Shown: positions 30,370 through 40,712 of the stretch, piece by piece | Layout: every line of letters starts with the position of its first letter | Numbering within the stretch: position 1 is the first letter of the stretch | DNA from: an uncultured Gemmatimonadales bacterium | GTDB lineage: Bacteria > Gemmatimonadota > Gemmatimonadetes > Longimicrobiales > Gaopeijiaceae | Assembly: GCA_963809895.1 (NCBI GenBank) | Contig: CAWELD010000003.1 | Location: forward strand, 352,001 to 416,000 | Length of the DNA: 64,000 nucleotides | Direction: 5' to 3' | Program-made: the position numbers and the translations under genes | Notes under the pieces: model-generated | Databases searched by the model: none | What the model saw: the letters and a program-made list of their open reading frames with translations, nothing else | Told to the model about the DNA's origin: nothing

Positions 30370-31671
30370 ATTCCGACGCAACTCATCGACAACCACCAAC
30401 CGGTGGACCGCGCCGTCCTCGTGGCGGCGCCCACGCGCGACGTGGACCCGCGCATCGCGGAAGAGCACCTGGAGGAGTTGGCGCGGCTCACGGACACCGC
30501 CGGCGGCAAGGTCGCGGCCGTGGTGCGCCAGCGAGTCGCGGCCCCCCACGCCAGGCTCTACATCGGCGAAGGGAAGGCGGACGAGCTCCGTCGGACGGTG
30601 GAGAGCTCCGGGGCCGATCTGGTCATCTTCGACGAGGAGCTGTCGCCGGCCCAGGGCAAGAACCTGGAGGACCACGTCGGCGTTCGCGTCATGGATCGCT
30701 CGGAGCTCATCCTGGACATCTTCGCATCCAGGGCGCGCTCCCGAGAGGCCCGCATGCAGGTGGAGTTGGCTCAGCTCGAATATCTGCTGCCCCGGCTGAA
30801 GCGCATGTGGAGCCACCTGTCCCGCATTCGCGGCGGCATCGGGCTGCGCGGTCCCGGTGAGACCCAGCTCGAGAGCGACCGACGCCTCATCGGTACTCGG
30901 ATCGCGGACCTCCGCAAGAAGCTCCAGGGCGTGGCGCGGGCCCGGGAGACGCAGCGAAAGTCACGTCAGGGAGAGTTCAGGGCGGCGCTGGTGGGGTACA
31001 CCAACGCCGGCAAGTCGTCGCTGCTGCGAGCCCTGTCCGGAGCCGACGTCTTCGTGGAGGACCGCCTGTTCGCGACGCTGGACTCCACCACCCGAGCGGT
31101 GGAGGTGGGGGGAGGGCACAGCGTCCTGGTCACCGACACGGTGGGCTTCATCCGCAAGCTCCCGCATCACCTGGTGGCCTCGTTCCGGTCCACGCTCGAG
31201 GAAGCCAGGGAGGCGGACGTTCTGCTGCACGTGGTGGATTCGTCGCACCCCGACCGCGAGGAGCAGGAAGAGGTCGTGCTGGAGGTGCTCGAGGATCTGG
31301 ATCTGGACGATCGTCCCCAGATCCTGGTGTTCAACAAGATCGACCGGCTCACGCACGCCGAAGAGGACGCGCTCAGGGAGCGGGTGCGGGCGTTCGCGAA
31401 CGCTCCGGCCGTCTTCGTGTCCGCGCATCAGCCGGACACGCTGGAGTCGCTGCGCGAAGCCCTGAGGGCCCGGGTGCGGGCGCGCTATCAGGCCGTGCAC
31501 CTTCACCTGCCTGCCCGGGACGGTGAGGCCCTCGCGGCCCTCTACCGGGAGGGTGAGGTGCTGGAGCGCGAAGATCGGGGCACGGTCATCGAAATCCACG
31601 CGCGTGTCCCCATCGCCCTGTTGGGTCAGCTCCGCCAGCGCGACGGCATCCAGGTCCTGGACGTCGCCTGA
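30370..31671 (+). CDS. hflX: Ribosome-splitting GTPase HflX (probable ATT start at 30370; first GTG at 30403)
   Basis: GPGETQLE, GYTNAGKSS, LFATLD, DTVGFI, NKID. Confidence 0.95.
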   Translation: MPTQLIDNHQPVDRAVLVAAPTRDVDPRIAEEHLEELARLTDTAGGKVAAVVRQRVAAPHARLYIGEGKADELRRTVESSGADLVIFDEELSPAQGKNLEDHVGVRVMDRSELILDIFASRARSREARMQVELAQLEYLLPRLKRMWSHLSRIRGGIGLRGPGETQLESDRRLIGTRIADLRKKLQGVARARETQRKSRQGEFRAALVGYTNAGKSSLLRALSGADVFVEDRLFATLDSTTRAVEVGGGHSVLVTDTVGFIRKLPHHLVASFRSTLEEAREADVLLHVVDSSHPDREEQEEVVLEVLEDLDLDDRPQILVFNKIDRLTHAEEDALRERVRAFANAPAVFVSAHQPDTLESLREALRARVRARYQAVHLHLPARDGEALAALYREGEVLEREDRGTVIEIHARVPIALLGQLRQRDGIQVLDVA

Positions 31672-31674
31672 GCC

Positions 31675-32544
31675 GTGTTCGACCGGATCGTGTTCGTGGG
31701 CCCCGGCCGGGTGGGGATGGCGTTCGGATACGCCCTCTGGCAGGCCGACGCCGTCCGTGAGCTGCGCTATTACGGCCGCCGGCCCGAGCCGCCGGGACAC
31801 CCGCTCTTCGCTCAGGGCCACGCGACGTACCGGTACGGGCTGGAGCTGCCTCCACCCGGCACCGAGGCCGTTTTCCTCACCGTTCCGGACGATGTGTTGT
31901 CGGGGGTTGCCCACGCGCTCGCCGGGTTGGGCAGCGCGCCGGCCGGCTGTGCGGCCTTCCATTGCTCGGGAGCGCTGAGCGCGGAGGTGCTGGCTCCGTT
32001 GCACGCCCGGGGCTACGCCGTGGGGTCGCTGCATCCGCTGCAGTCCCTGGCGCATCCACTGATGGGTGCGGACCGGCTCCCGGGATCGGCCTTCGCCGGG
32101 TCGGGAGAGCCGCGAGCGACCGCCGTGGCCCGCTCCATCGTGTCCGCTCTCGGCGGACGTCTGCTCCAGATTCCGGTGAGTCGGCGACCCCTCTACCACG
32201 CCGCGGCCGTTCTGGCCTCCAACGGGCTCGCCGCCCTGACGGCCTCCGCCCTGCGGCTGCTGGTGCAGGCCGGCATCGACGAGGCGGATGCCCTGTCCGC
32301 GCTTCTGCCGCTCCTGCGGGGGACCCTGGACAACATCGAGGAAATGGGACTCCTTCAGGCTCTCACCGGGCCGGTGGAGCGGGGCGACCGGGAGACGGCG
32401 CGGTTGCATCTGGCGGCTCTGGACCCCCGCGACCGCGACGTCTATCGAGCCCTGGGCCGGGAGCTGGCACGGCTGACCGCCGAGCGTGGTGAGGAGGAGC
32501 AGCCCGACGAGGCCTGGGACGAACTCTTTCAGGAAATCCCATGA
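31675..32544 (+). CDS. Rossmann-like + DUF2520 oxidoreductase
   Basis: [36 protein letters not shown]. Confidence 0.85.
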   Translation: MFDRIVFVGPGRVGMAFGYALWQADAVRELRYYGRRPEPPGHPLFAQGHATYRYGLELPPPGTEAVFLTVPDDVLSGVAHALAGLGSAPAGCAAFHCSGALSAEVLAPLHARGYAVGSLHPLQSLAHPLMGADRLPGSAFAGSGEPRATAVARSIVSALGGRLLQIPVSRRPLYHAAAVLASNGLAALTASALRLLVQAGIDEADALSALLPLLRGTLDNIEEMGLLQALTGPVERGDRETARLHLAALDPRDRDVYRALGRELARLTAERGEEEQPDEAWDELFQEIP

Positions 32545-33269
32545 GGTTCTACGTAAACATCGACCACGTGGCCACGGTCCGCGAGGCGCGCCGGACGGAC
32601 GAACCCGACCCGGTACGAGCCGCGGTGCTGGTCGAGCTCGCCGGTGCGGACGGTATCACCGTGCACCTGCGTGAAGACCGGCGGCACATCCACGACCGGG
32701 ACGTGCGCCTGCTCTCCGACACGCTGCGCACCGTGCTCAATCTCGAACTCGCCAGTGCCTCGGAGATCGTGGATCTGGCGTGCGAGCTCCGGCCGCATCA
32801 GGCCACGCTCGTCCCCGAGCGCCGGGAGGAGATCACCACGGAAGGCGGCCTCGACCTGGGCTCGCGTGACCAGCGCGAACGCCTGGAGCCCGTGATTCGC
32901 CGGCTCCGTGACGAGGGTATCCGCACTTCGCTGTTCATCGATCCTCGTGACGAATCACTGCGGATCTCCAGTGAGCTCGGGGCCGATGCCGTGGAGTTGC
33001 ACACCGGAGAGTACGCCAACGCGCGGGAGCAGGATGGGCGGGTCCGGGAACTGAACCGCCTTGCGGGCGCCGCCGCCACGGGCCGGGAGCTCGGGCTGGC
33101 GGTCCACGCCGGCCACGGGTTGACCTACGAGAACGTGGCTCCCGTCGCCACCATCCGCGAGATCGAGGAGCTCAACATCGGTCACTCGATCATCTCACGG
33201 GCGGTCTTCGTCGGCATGGAGCGCGCGGTGCGTGAGATGGCGACGATCCTCCGCGAGGCGCGCCGGTGA
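32541..33269 (+). CDS. pdxJ: Pyridoxine 5'-phosphate synthase
   Basis: [34 protein letters not shown]. Confidence 0.97.
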   Translation: MRFYVNIDHVATVREARRTDEPDPVRAAVLVELAGADGITVHLREDRRHIHDRDVRLLSDTLRTVLNLELASASEIVDLACELRPHQATLVPERREEITTEGGLDLGSRDQRERLEPVIRRLRDEGIRTSLFIDPRDESLRISSELGADAVELHTGEYANAREQDGRVRELNRLAGAAATGRELGLAVHAGHGLTYENVAPVATIREIEELNIGHSIISRAVFVGMERAVREMATILREARR

Positions 33270-34327
33270 GACGTTCGTGGAAGGCCATCCTCGGGGTGGG
33301 CCTGTCCGCGTTCTTGATCTGGTACACCCTCCGCGACGTGGATCCCGTCGCGGTGTGGCACCAGGTGCAGCGCGCGAACCTGTGGCTCCTGGCGGGCGCG
33401 GTGGCCATTGCCACCTTCGGATTCGCCGTGCGGGCATGGCGTTGGCGGATCCTGCTGCATCCCCTGCGTCAGGACACCACGTTCCACGATCGATTCTCCG
33501 CGGTCAACATCGGCTTCATGGCCAACAACCTGGTCGGTGGCCGGGTGGGCGAGTTCGCCCGGGCCTACGCCTACAGCCGGCTGGATCCGCGGGTCAGCGT
33601 CAGTGGCGCCTTCGGAACGCTGGTAGTGGAGCGCCTGCTGGATGCGCTGACGCTGTCCGCGTTCCTGGTGCTCACGGTCCTCGCCCCGTCCTTCCCGGAC
33701 GTGGCGCTGGGCCCGCGATTCACGGCCCTGATCCGCCTGGCGGCGCTGCTCCTGGGGGCACTGGTCGTGATGATCGGCTTCCTGCTGGCTCTTCCGGGGC
33801 CCGTGGTCCGACTCGTGGAGCGTCTGGCCGGCTTTCTACCGGCGAGCGCGGGCCGCATCGTCGTGGATGCCCTGGAGGCGTTCATGGAGGCGCTGGGGGT
33901 CGTGCGGTCGCCGGCGCTCCTGGCCCAGGCCGTGGCCTGGACCGTGGGGTTCTGGCTCTTTCACGGGGTCTCGTTCTGGTTGGGCATGCTGGCCTTCGGG
34001 ATCCACTCGGGACCCATCGCGGCTTGGTTCACCGAGGCCGTGGTGGGCTTCGGGGTGGCGCTGCCCGCTGCTCCGGGATTCTTCGGCACCTTTCACGCCT
34101 CCGCCCAGTTCGCGTTGGAGACGGTCTACCAGGCCGACCCGGTGCGCACGCTGGCCTTCGCGTACGGGTACCACATCGGAGGGTTCATACCCGTGACGCT
34201 CATGGGACTCTGGTACGCCCGGGCTCTCGGCCTGTCGCTGGGCGATGTGCGCGCCAGCGAGGCCCGTGTAGAGGAGGCCGTGGAGGGTACCCACCACGAT
34301 TCGGAGCCGGGATCGGGGCCATCGTGA
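33266..34327 (+). CDS. Lysylphosphatidylglycerol-synthase TM domain (flippase-like) protein
   Basis: [31 protein letters not shown]. Confidence 0.85.
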   Translation: MRRSWKAILGVGLSAFLIWYTLRDVDPVAVWHQVQRANLWLLAGAVAIATFGFAVRAWRWRILLHPLRQDTTFHDRFSAVNIGFMANNLVGGRVGEFARAYAYSRLDPRVSVSGAFGTLVVERLLDALTLSAFLVLTVLAPSFPDVALGPRFTALIRLAALLLGALVVMIGFLLALPGPVVRLVERLAGFLPASAGRIVVDALEAFMEALGVVRSPALLAQAVAWTVGFWLFHGVSFWLGMLAFGIHSGPIAAWFTEAVVGFGVALPAAPGFFGTFHASAQFALETVYQADPVRTLAFAYGYHIGGFIPVTLMGLWYARALGLSLGDVRASEARVEEAVEGTHHDSEPGSGPS

Positions 34328-35226
34328 GCACGCCGTACGGGGTGGACGTGGAAGCTCCCGCCAAGATCAACCTGACCTTGCGGATCCTGCGCGCCCGGGC
34401 CGACGGGTTCCACGAGCTAGAGACATTGTTCCAGGCCGTGGGTCTCTCGGATAGTCTGGAGATTCAACGGCGTCGGGATCCCGGCGTGGGCCTCCGCGTG
34501 GTGGGTGAGGACCTCGGTGCGCCGGAGGACAACCTGGTGACCCGGGCGGCTCGGGCGTATCTGGAGGCCGCGGCGCTGGATGACCAGGGCGTGGACGTCC
34601 GACTCGAGAAGAGCATCCCGTCGGGAGCGGGACTGGGCGGTGGCAGCTCGGATGCCGGTGCCACGCTGCGGGCCATGGACGCGCTCTTCGCCCGGGCCGT
34701 GCCCCTGGAGCGCCTGACATCGCTGGCCGTGTCGCTGGGATCGGACGTGGGCTTCTTCGTCGGGTCGGCGGGCCTCGCGGCGGCTGGCGGCCGAGGAGAG
34801 CGACTTCGTCCGTTGTCCCCGCTTCCGGCCGCCGGTGTGGTGGTGGGGCTGCCTCCCGTGAAGGTGGCTACGGGCTCCGCGTATGGTCGTCTGGACCGCC
34901 ACCGAGCCGGGTCGGTGCCCCCGCCGGTGCTGGGCGACGCCGCGCCAGCGGCATGGTCCGAGGTAGCCCAGTTGGCGCTCAACGACTTCGAAGAGGTCGT
35001 GCTCCCAGGGTATCCGCCGGTGGCGCAGGCGCTGCGGGCCCTTCGTGAAGACGAGCCGCTGATGGCGCTTCTGTCCGGAAGCGGGAGTGCCGTCTTCGCC
35101 GTTCATCCGGACCTCGATTCCGCTCGCGCCGCTGCCGGGCGCGCCCAGCAGCGGGCGCCGGAGACCCGCTTCGTCGCCGTGTCCACGCTGCCGCACATCC
35201 CGGCGCCGCGCATACACGAGGGTTGA
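34324..35226 (+). CDS. ispE: 4-diphosphocytidyl-2-C-methyl-D-erythritol kinase
   Basis: APAKINL, IPSGAGLGGGSSD, NDFE, LSGSGS. Confidence 0.95.
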   Translation: MSTPYGVDVEAPAKINLTLRILRARADGFHELETLFQAVGLSDSLEIQRRRDPGVGLRVVGEDLGAPEDNLVTRAARAYLEAAALDDQGVDVRLEKSIPSGAGLGGGSSDAGATLRAMDALFARAVPLERLTSLAVSLGSDVGFFVGSAGLAAAGGRGERLRPLSPLPAAGVVVGLPPVKVATGSAYGRLDRHRAGSVPPPVLGDAAPAAWSEVAQLALNDFEEVVLPGYPPVAQALRALREDEPLMALLSGSGSAVFAVHPDLDSARAAAGRAQQRAPETRFVAVSTLPHIPAPRIHEG

Positions 35227-35251
35227 ACCGATCTGACGGGTGGTCTAGTCT
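35223..35251 (+). promoter_or_regulatory. sigma70-type promoter for tRNA-Gln
   Basis: TTGAAC-N17-TAGTCT. Confidence 0.7.
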
Positions 35252-35289
35252 TCGCTTGCGTTCGACCCCGCTCGCGAGGGGTCCGTCGT

Positions 35290-35360
35290 TGGCCCGTCGT
35301 CTAATGGCAGGACACCGGTCTTTGGAACCGGCGGTGGTGGTTCGAATCCACCCGGGCCAA
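35290..35360 (+). tRNA. tRNA-Gln (TTG), CCA not encoded
   Basis: Acceptor TGGCCCG/CGGGCCA, anticodon arm CCGGT-CTTTGGA-ACCGG, T-loop TTCGAAT; classical ispE-tRNA-Gln synteny. Confidence 0.97.
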
Positions 35361-35453
35361 TTCTGAGGTATGTGGACCCAGCCTGTCGATTCCGTTGCGT
35401 CCGCGGGCCGTGGGGCGGTACTGTCACCAGCCACCACACGACGGGACGGTAGC

Positions 35454-35876
35454 ATGGGACGGAGCGGTAGCCACGGTGGATCCCGCGTGACGGGAGCCAG
35501 GCGGAGGGTCGGAGGCTGGCTGGGCTGTGCGCTGGTGATCGCGCTTCCGGCCTGCTCGTCGTCGTTGCCCTCGCCGTTCTCGCGCCGGACCACCCAGGTG
35601 TTCGTCACTGTGGCGAACCGCAACTGGACGGATCACACGATCTTCGTCTCCCGGGGTGGCGCACGAGCCCGTCTCGGCCTCGTCTCGTCCAATCAGACCC
35701 GGACCTTCCGGCTTCCGCCGGACATGACCCACCCGGGCATCGCCATCTATTTCCTCGCCGATCCCGTCGGCTCGGATCAGGTCTATTCCAGCCCCCAGGT
35801 CTCGCTGAACGGAGGCGAAACCTGGGTCTGGACGCTCATGCCACAGATTGAGCAGTCCACGCTCGTCCTGCGCTGA
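35454..35876 (+). CDS. Small beta-rich lipoprotein, unknown function
   Basis: Lipobox LPAC-SSS; start uncertain (35454 or GTG near 35487). Confidence 0.65.
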   Translation: MGRSGSHGGSRVTGARRRVGGWLGCALVIALPACSSSLPSPFSRRTTQVFVTVANRNWTDHTIFVSRGGARARLGLVSSNQTRTFRLPPDMTHPGIAIYFLADPVGSDQVYSSPQVSLNGGETWVWTLMPQIEQSTLVLR

Positions 35877-35941
35877 CAACGAGGCCCTCCGACGGGTAAC
35901 CCGGCTCCTGACCGGCGCGTAAGGTTTCCCGGTCAACATTC

Positions 35942-35970
35942 TTGCGGTTCCGTAACGAGATCCCTATATG
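35942..35970 (+). promoter_or_regulatory. Probable sigma70 promoter for the susC/susD-like pair
   Basis: TTGCGG-N17-TATATG. Confidence 0.5.
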
Positions 35971-36168
35971 GGGTGGCGAGCAGTCGCGCATCACACGGGT
36001 CCGGCCCTTCCCCCGCCTCCGGACCGACATCTTCGTCGACATAGATCCAATCCGAACGTTCTCGGCCTCGGGTAACCGGGGTCGGAGAGACGGAACGCCG
36101 TCGTGGCGTTCGATAGCCGGCCCGGGAGAGGCCCGGGCGGAATGCAACTCAACCCGGAGGAGCCAGGA

Positions 36169-39100
36169 ATGGGACGCAACCTGGTACGCGGCTTGGCTCT
36201 CTCGCTCCTGCTGCTGGCCATGCCCATGGCGGTATCGGCGCAGGCGAGAGAGATCACGGGCCGAGTCGTCACAGAAACGGGGCAGGCGCCGCTTGCCGAC
36301 GTGGCGGTTCAGCTCGTGGGAACACAGCGCGGAGCCTTCACCGATGCCAACGGCCGATTCAGCATCACGGTCCCGGCCGGCCCGGTGCAGCTACGCGTGA
36401 GCTTGATCGGCTGGGCGACCCAGACGGTCGACATCGATGCGGGTCAGATGAACGTGACCATCAGCTTGGCCCGTGACGTCCTCAACCTGGATGAGATCGT
36501 GGTCACTGGTCAGGCGACGTCCGTGGCTCGCCGCAACCTCGCCAACGCCGTGGCGACGGTGAGCTCGGACGAGCTCACCAAGACACCCGCCGCCAGTCTG
36601 GAGCAGCAGCTCGCCGGTAAGATCGCCGGCGCCGACATCCAGGCCAACAGCGGCGCCCCGGGCGGTGGGTTGCAGGTCAACCTGCGTGGCGTTTCGTCCA
36701 TCATCGGCGCCGCCACACCCCTCTATGTCGTCGATGGCGTGATCGTCAGTGACATCTCCGTGGCGTCGGGAACCAACGTCATCGAGCGTGCCAGCGGTGG
36801 GGCCTTCGGCAGCGGGTTCGCCTCGAACCAGGACAACGCCCCCAACCGCATCGCCGACCTCAACCCCAACGACATCGAGAGCGTCGAGGTGCTCAAGGGC
36901 GCCTCGGCCGCGGCCATCTACGGATCCAAGGCCAACAACGGGGTGATCATCATCACCACCAAGCGTGGCCGATCGGGGGCACCGCAGTTCTCGCTCACGC
37001 AGCGCTTCGGCACATTCGACCTCAGTAACAAGCTGGGTCTCCGCCGCTTCAACAGCATGCAGGAGGCTGTGGACGTCTTCGGACCTCGCGCCGCCGACTA
37101 CTGGGACGGGAACTTCTACGACCACGAAGAGGAGATCGCCGGCAACAACCCGCTCTCCTACGAGACGGCACTCAGCATGAGCGGCGGTACGCCCGACACG
37201 CGCTATTTCGCATCGGGCCTGGTGAAGCACGACGGCGGCATCATCACTGGGACCTACTACGACAAGCAGTCCCTGCGCCTGAACATCGATCAGAACCTGG
37301 GTGACCGGGCCACGATCCGAGTGAACATGAACGGCCTCCACACCAAGACGGGCCGAGGATTCACGAACAACGACAACCGGTCCATCTCGTACTGGATGAC
37401 GTTCCCGCAGACGCCCACCTTCGTGAACATCCAGAAGCAGGGCGACGACTGGCCAGACAACCCCTTCGCCAACTCGAATCCGCTCCAGACCGCGGCGCTG
37501 GCGAAGAACGACGAACAGGTCTGGCGCATCATCAGCTCGGCCGAGCTGCAGGTGGATCTGCTCCAGTCCGACGATCAGTCGCTGCGCTTCACCGGAAACG
37601 CCGGCGCCGACTTCTTCAACCTGAAGAACGTCGTGTTCTCGCCGCCGGAGCTCCAGTTCGAGCCCCTCGACGGCAAGCCGGGCACGACCTTCCTGGGTCA
37701 GACCGACAACCTCAACCTGAACGCCGGCGGGAGCCTGGTGCACGAGTGGCATCCCGAGAGCATGGGGATCTCCGCCACCACCTCGCTGGGCATGCAGTAC
37801 GAGCAGCGTGAGCTGGACGTGGCCCGGATCCTCAACGAGGACCTCATCGTCGGCCAGAGCAACATCGACCAGGGCACCAACCCCGGCATCTTCCAGAACC
37901 GGCAGAAGGTCCGGGACCTGGGCTTCTTCGCTCAGGAAGAGGTGCTGCTCCTGGATGAGCGGCTGCTGCTCACCGCCGGCCTGCGGGCCGACCGGTCCAG
38001 CAACAACGCCGAGCCGGACAAGTACTTCTACTATCCGAAGTTCGCCGGCTCGTACCGCTTCCCGGATCTGATTCCGGGCAAGGTCGACGAGCTCAAGCTG
38101 CGGGCGGCCTGGGGACAGGCCGGCAACCAGCCTCTCTACGGCTCCAAGTTCTCGAACCTCAACTCCGGCAACATCGCCGGTCTCCAGACGCTCAACATCT
38201 CCACCACCACGGTGGCGGAGGATCTGCATCCCGAGCGTCAGCGTGAGCTCGAGGGTGGCTTCGACGCAACGTTGTTCAACCAGCGTGCGCAGCTCGAGTT
38301 CACCGCGTATCAGCGCCGGATCACCGAGCTTCTGCTTCGGCGAGCCCTTCCGCCGTCCAGCGGCTACAACACCGCCATCTTCAACGGCGGCGTCATGAAG
38401 ACAACCGGGTACGAAGCGGCGCTGCAGTTGCTGCCCATTTCGAAGCCCGACTTCGAGTGGAACTCCCGGGTCACGTTCTCGAAGGACAAGACCATCATCG
38501 AAGAGTTGCCCGTGCCACCGTTCGCGGCGGGCGGCTTCGGAACCGCCCTCGGCGGCTTCCGCGTCGAGGAGGGCAAGAGCGCCACGCAGATCGTCGGACG
38601 TGACACCACCACGGTGGTCAACGACCCGCGCTGCGACGGCGACTGCCCCATCGGCACGCGTATCGTCACGGACATCGGCGACGCCAATCCCGACTTCCGC
38701 ATGGGCTTCTCCAACGAGATCCGCAAGGGAGCCTTCAGCCTGTACAGCCTCTTCGACTGGCAGCATGGCGGCGACGTCATCAACCTGACCGCCTGGCTGT
38801 ACGACCTGAGCCAGACCGCCGACGACTTCGCCGACGCGTGCAACGTCGCAGGGTGCCAGGACGGTGAGACGCTGGGCGAGTACCGCCTGCGCGTCTATCC
38901 AGGCCGCACCTCGAAGGTGTGGGTGGAGGACGGCTCTTTCCTGAAGCTGCGTGAGCTGACCCTCACCTACGACGTTCCCCAGGACCTCGTGCAGGGCATC
39001 TGGGGCCGTGCTCGCTTCCTGCGCCTCAGCCTTTCTGGCCGGAATCTCTACACCTGGACGGGCTACTCGGGCATGGATCCCGAGGTCAGTAACTTCGGCG

Positions 39101-39183
39101 CCCAGGCCATCGGCCGGAACGTGGACGTGGCGCCTTACCCACCCAGCCGGAGCTTCTGGCTGTCGGTGGACATCGGCTTCTGA
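36169..39183 (+). CDS. SusC/RagA-family TonB-dependent transporter
   Basis: Signal peptide, carboxypeptidase-regulatory-like N domain, LDEIVVTG, NPNDIESVEVLKGASAAAIYG..NGVIIITTK, GMDPE, terminal Phe. Confidence 0.95.
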   Translation: MGRNLVRGLALSLLLLAMPMAVSAQAREITGRVVTETGQAPLADVAVQLVGTQRGAFTDANGRFSITVPAGPVQLRVSLIGWATQTVDIDAGQMNVTISLARDVLNLDEIVVTGQATSVARRNLANAVATVSSDELTKTPAASLEQQLAGKIAGADIQANSGAPGGGLQVNLRGVSSIIGAATPLYVVDGVIVSDISVASGTNVIERASGGAFGSGFASNQDNAPNRIADLNPNDIESVEVLKGASAAAIYGSKANNGVIIITTKRGRSGAPQFSLTQRFGTFDLSNKLGLRRFNSMQEAVDVFGPRAADYWDGNFYDHEEEIAGNNPLSYETALSMSGGTPDTRYFASGLVKHDGGIITGTYYDKQSLRLNIDQNLGDRATIRVNMNGLHTKTGRGFTNNDNRSISYWMTFPQTPTFVNIQKQGDDWPDNPFANSNPLQTAALAKNDEQVWRIISSAELQVDLLQSDDQSLRFTGNAGADFFNLKNVVFSPPELQFEPLDGKPGTTFLGQTDNLNLNAGGSLVHEWHPESMGISATTSLGMQYEQRELDVARILNEDLIVGQSNIDQGTNPGIFQNRQKVRDLGFFAQEEVLLLDERLLLTAGLRADRSSNNAEPDKYFYYPKFAGSYRFPDLIPGKVDELKLRAAWGQAGNQPLYGSKFSNLNSGNIAGLQTLNISTTTVAEDLHPERQRELEGGFDATLFNQRAQLEFTAYQRRITELLLRRALPPSSGYNTAIFNGGVMKTTGYEAALQLLPISKPDFEWNSRVTFSKDKTIIEELPVPPFAAGGFGTALGGFRVEEGKSATQIVGRDTTTVVNDPRCDGDCPIGTRIVTDIGDANPDFRMGFSNEIRKGAFSLYSLFDWQHGGDVINLTAWLYDLSQTADDFADACNVAGCQDGETLGEYRLRVYPGRTSKVWVEDGSFLKLRELTLTYDVPQDLVQGIWGRARFLRLSLSGRNLYTWTGYSGMDPEVSNFGAQAIGRNVDVAPYPPSRSFWLSVDIGF

Positions 39184-39203
39184 TGATGCGACGAGGAGAA
39201 CCC

Positions 39204-40565
39204 ATGAACGCGAAGAAGATGCTGCGCCGGGTCCTCGCCGTGGCCGCCGTCGGCCTCGTGGTCGCCGGTTGCGAGGACTTCACGATTCCCAACTACAACA
39301 ACCCCGCCCGGGAAGACCTGACCGGGAGCCCGACCAAGCCGACCATCGCCGCGGCGGTCCGGGGTATCGTATCCACCCAGCGGGGCCTCAAGGCTGGCAT
39401 GGTCACCCGCCTCGGCGTCTGGGGCAGGGAAGGCTACGACCTGCGGCCCGAGGAGCCCCGCACCACCACCGACGCCCTCATCGATCCCATCGATCCGGTG
39501 AACGGCGGGCTCTATTACGGTGGGCAGTACACGCAGATCGCTCAGATCAACACGGTCCTGGCGGCGCTGGAGAACTCGCCGCTGTCGGAGCAGGAGCGCA
39601 AGGCCGCCTCCGGTTTCGTGAAGACCATGAAAGCCGATGCCTTCTGGCAGATCGCCATCGCCCGTGCGGTGGAAGTCGGAATCCCCCTGGAGCCGAATCC
39701 GGATCCGAACGGGGAGCTGTCGCCGATCATGCCGAAGGCCGACGTGTGGGCGTACGTCAACAGCCTGTACGACGACGCGCTCTCGGACCTGAACGCCGGC
39801 GGAGGGAGCTTCCCGTTCGATCTGCCGGACGGGCTCTCCGACTTCGCCACGCCGTCCACCTTTGCCAAGGTGAACCGGGCTCTCAAGGCCCGTGCCCTCA
39901 AGTACCAGGGGGACTGGGATGGTGTGATCACGGCGCTGCAGGGCTCCTTCCTGAGCACGTCGGGCGCCATGGATCTCGGACCCCATTTCAACTACAGCAC
40001 CATCTCGGGTGACGCGTCGAACGGGTTCTATGGCAACCCGTACCATCACGCGCACCCGCGCATCCGGGCCGAGGCTCAGCTCCAGGACAACGGCGACATC
40101 GACCAGCGGGCCCTGGACAAGACCGAGCCCGAGCCGGCGCTCACGCTCCTGGACATCACCGTCACGGAGCACATGAACGTCTACAAGAGCCTGTCGGCTC
40201 CGCTGCCGTGGATCACCAACGACGAGCTCCTGCTCATGCGTGCCGAGGCCAACCTGGCGCTGAACAACCGTTCGGCGGCCCTCTCGGACGTGAACGTGGT
40301 GCGCACGGTGGATGGCGGCCTGCCCGCCCTGCCGGGCAGCTACGGCGGCGATCTCCTCGAGGAGATCCTGTACAACAAGCTCTACTCCCTGCTGTGGGAG
40401 GGTGGCTTCCAGTATCTGGACCTGCGCCAGTACGGGAAGCTCGACGAGCTGCCGCGGGCGCAGCCGAACCACGGGGTCTATCCCGGGTTCCCGTACCCGC
40501 TGAACGAGTGCCTCGCCCGGGACATCATGAACCAGGTGGAGTGCACGACCTACTTCGCGCAGTGA
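39204..40565 (+). CDS. SusD/RagB-family lipoprotein
   Basis: Lipobox VAGC, ELLLMRAEA, LLWEGG..LDLRQY, FPYPLNE; follows SusC. Confidence 0.9.
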   Translation: MNAKKMLRRVLAVAAVGLVVAGCEDFTIPNYNNPAREDLTGSPTKPTIAAAVRGIVSTQRGLKAGMVTRLGVWGREGYDLRPEEPRTTTDALIDPIDPVNGGLYYGGQYTQIAQINTVLAALENSPLSEQERKAASGFVKTMKADAFWQIAIARAVEVGIPLEPNPDPNGELSPIMPKADVWAYVNSLYDDALSDLNAGGGSFPFDLPDGLSDFATPSTFAKVNRALKARALKYQGDWDGVITALQGSFLSTSGAMDLGPHFNYSTISGDASNGFYGNPYHHAHPRIRAEAQLQDNGDIDQRALDKTEPEPALTLLDITVTEHMNVYKSLSAPLPWITNDELLLMRAEANLALNNRSAALSDVNVVRTVDGGLPALPGSYGGDLLEEILYNKLYSLLWEGGFQYLDLRQYGKLDELPRAQPNHGVYPGFPYPLNECLARDIMNQVECTTYFAQ

Positions 40566-40610
40566 TGCGACGGGGGTAGGTGCCAGGGGTCCTGGACGGA
40601 CTCCAGCGAA

Positions 40611-40650
40611 GGCGGCGGGCCGGGGGAAACCCCGGTCCGCCGCCGTCGTA
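40611..40650 (+). terminator. Strong hairpin after susD
   Basis: GGCGGCGGGCCGGGG-GAAA-CCCCGGTCCGCCGCC. Confidence 0.6.
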
Positions 40651-40712
40651 TTGAGGGATTACAGGGCGCCACCAGGGCGGGGCGCCTCTTCCGCAAGCCG
40701 GTGTGACGGACG

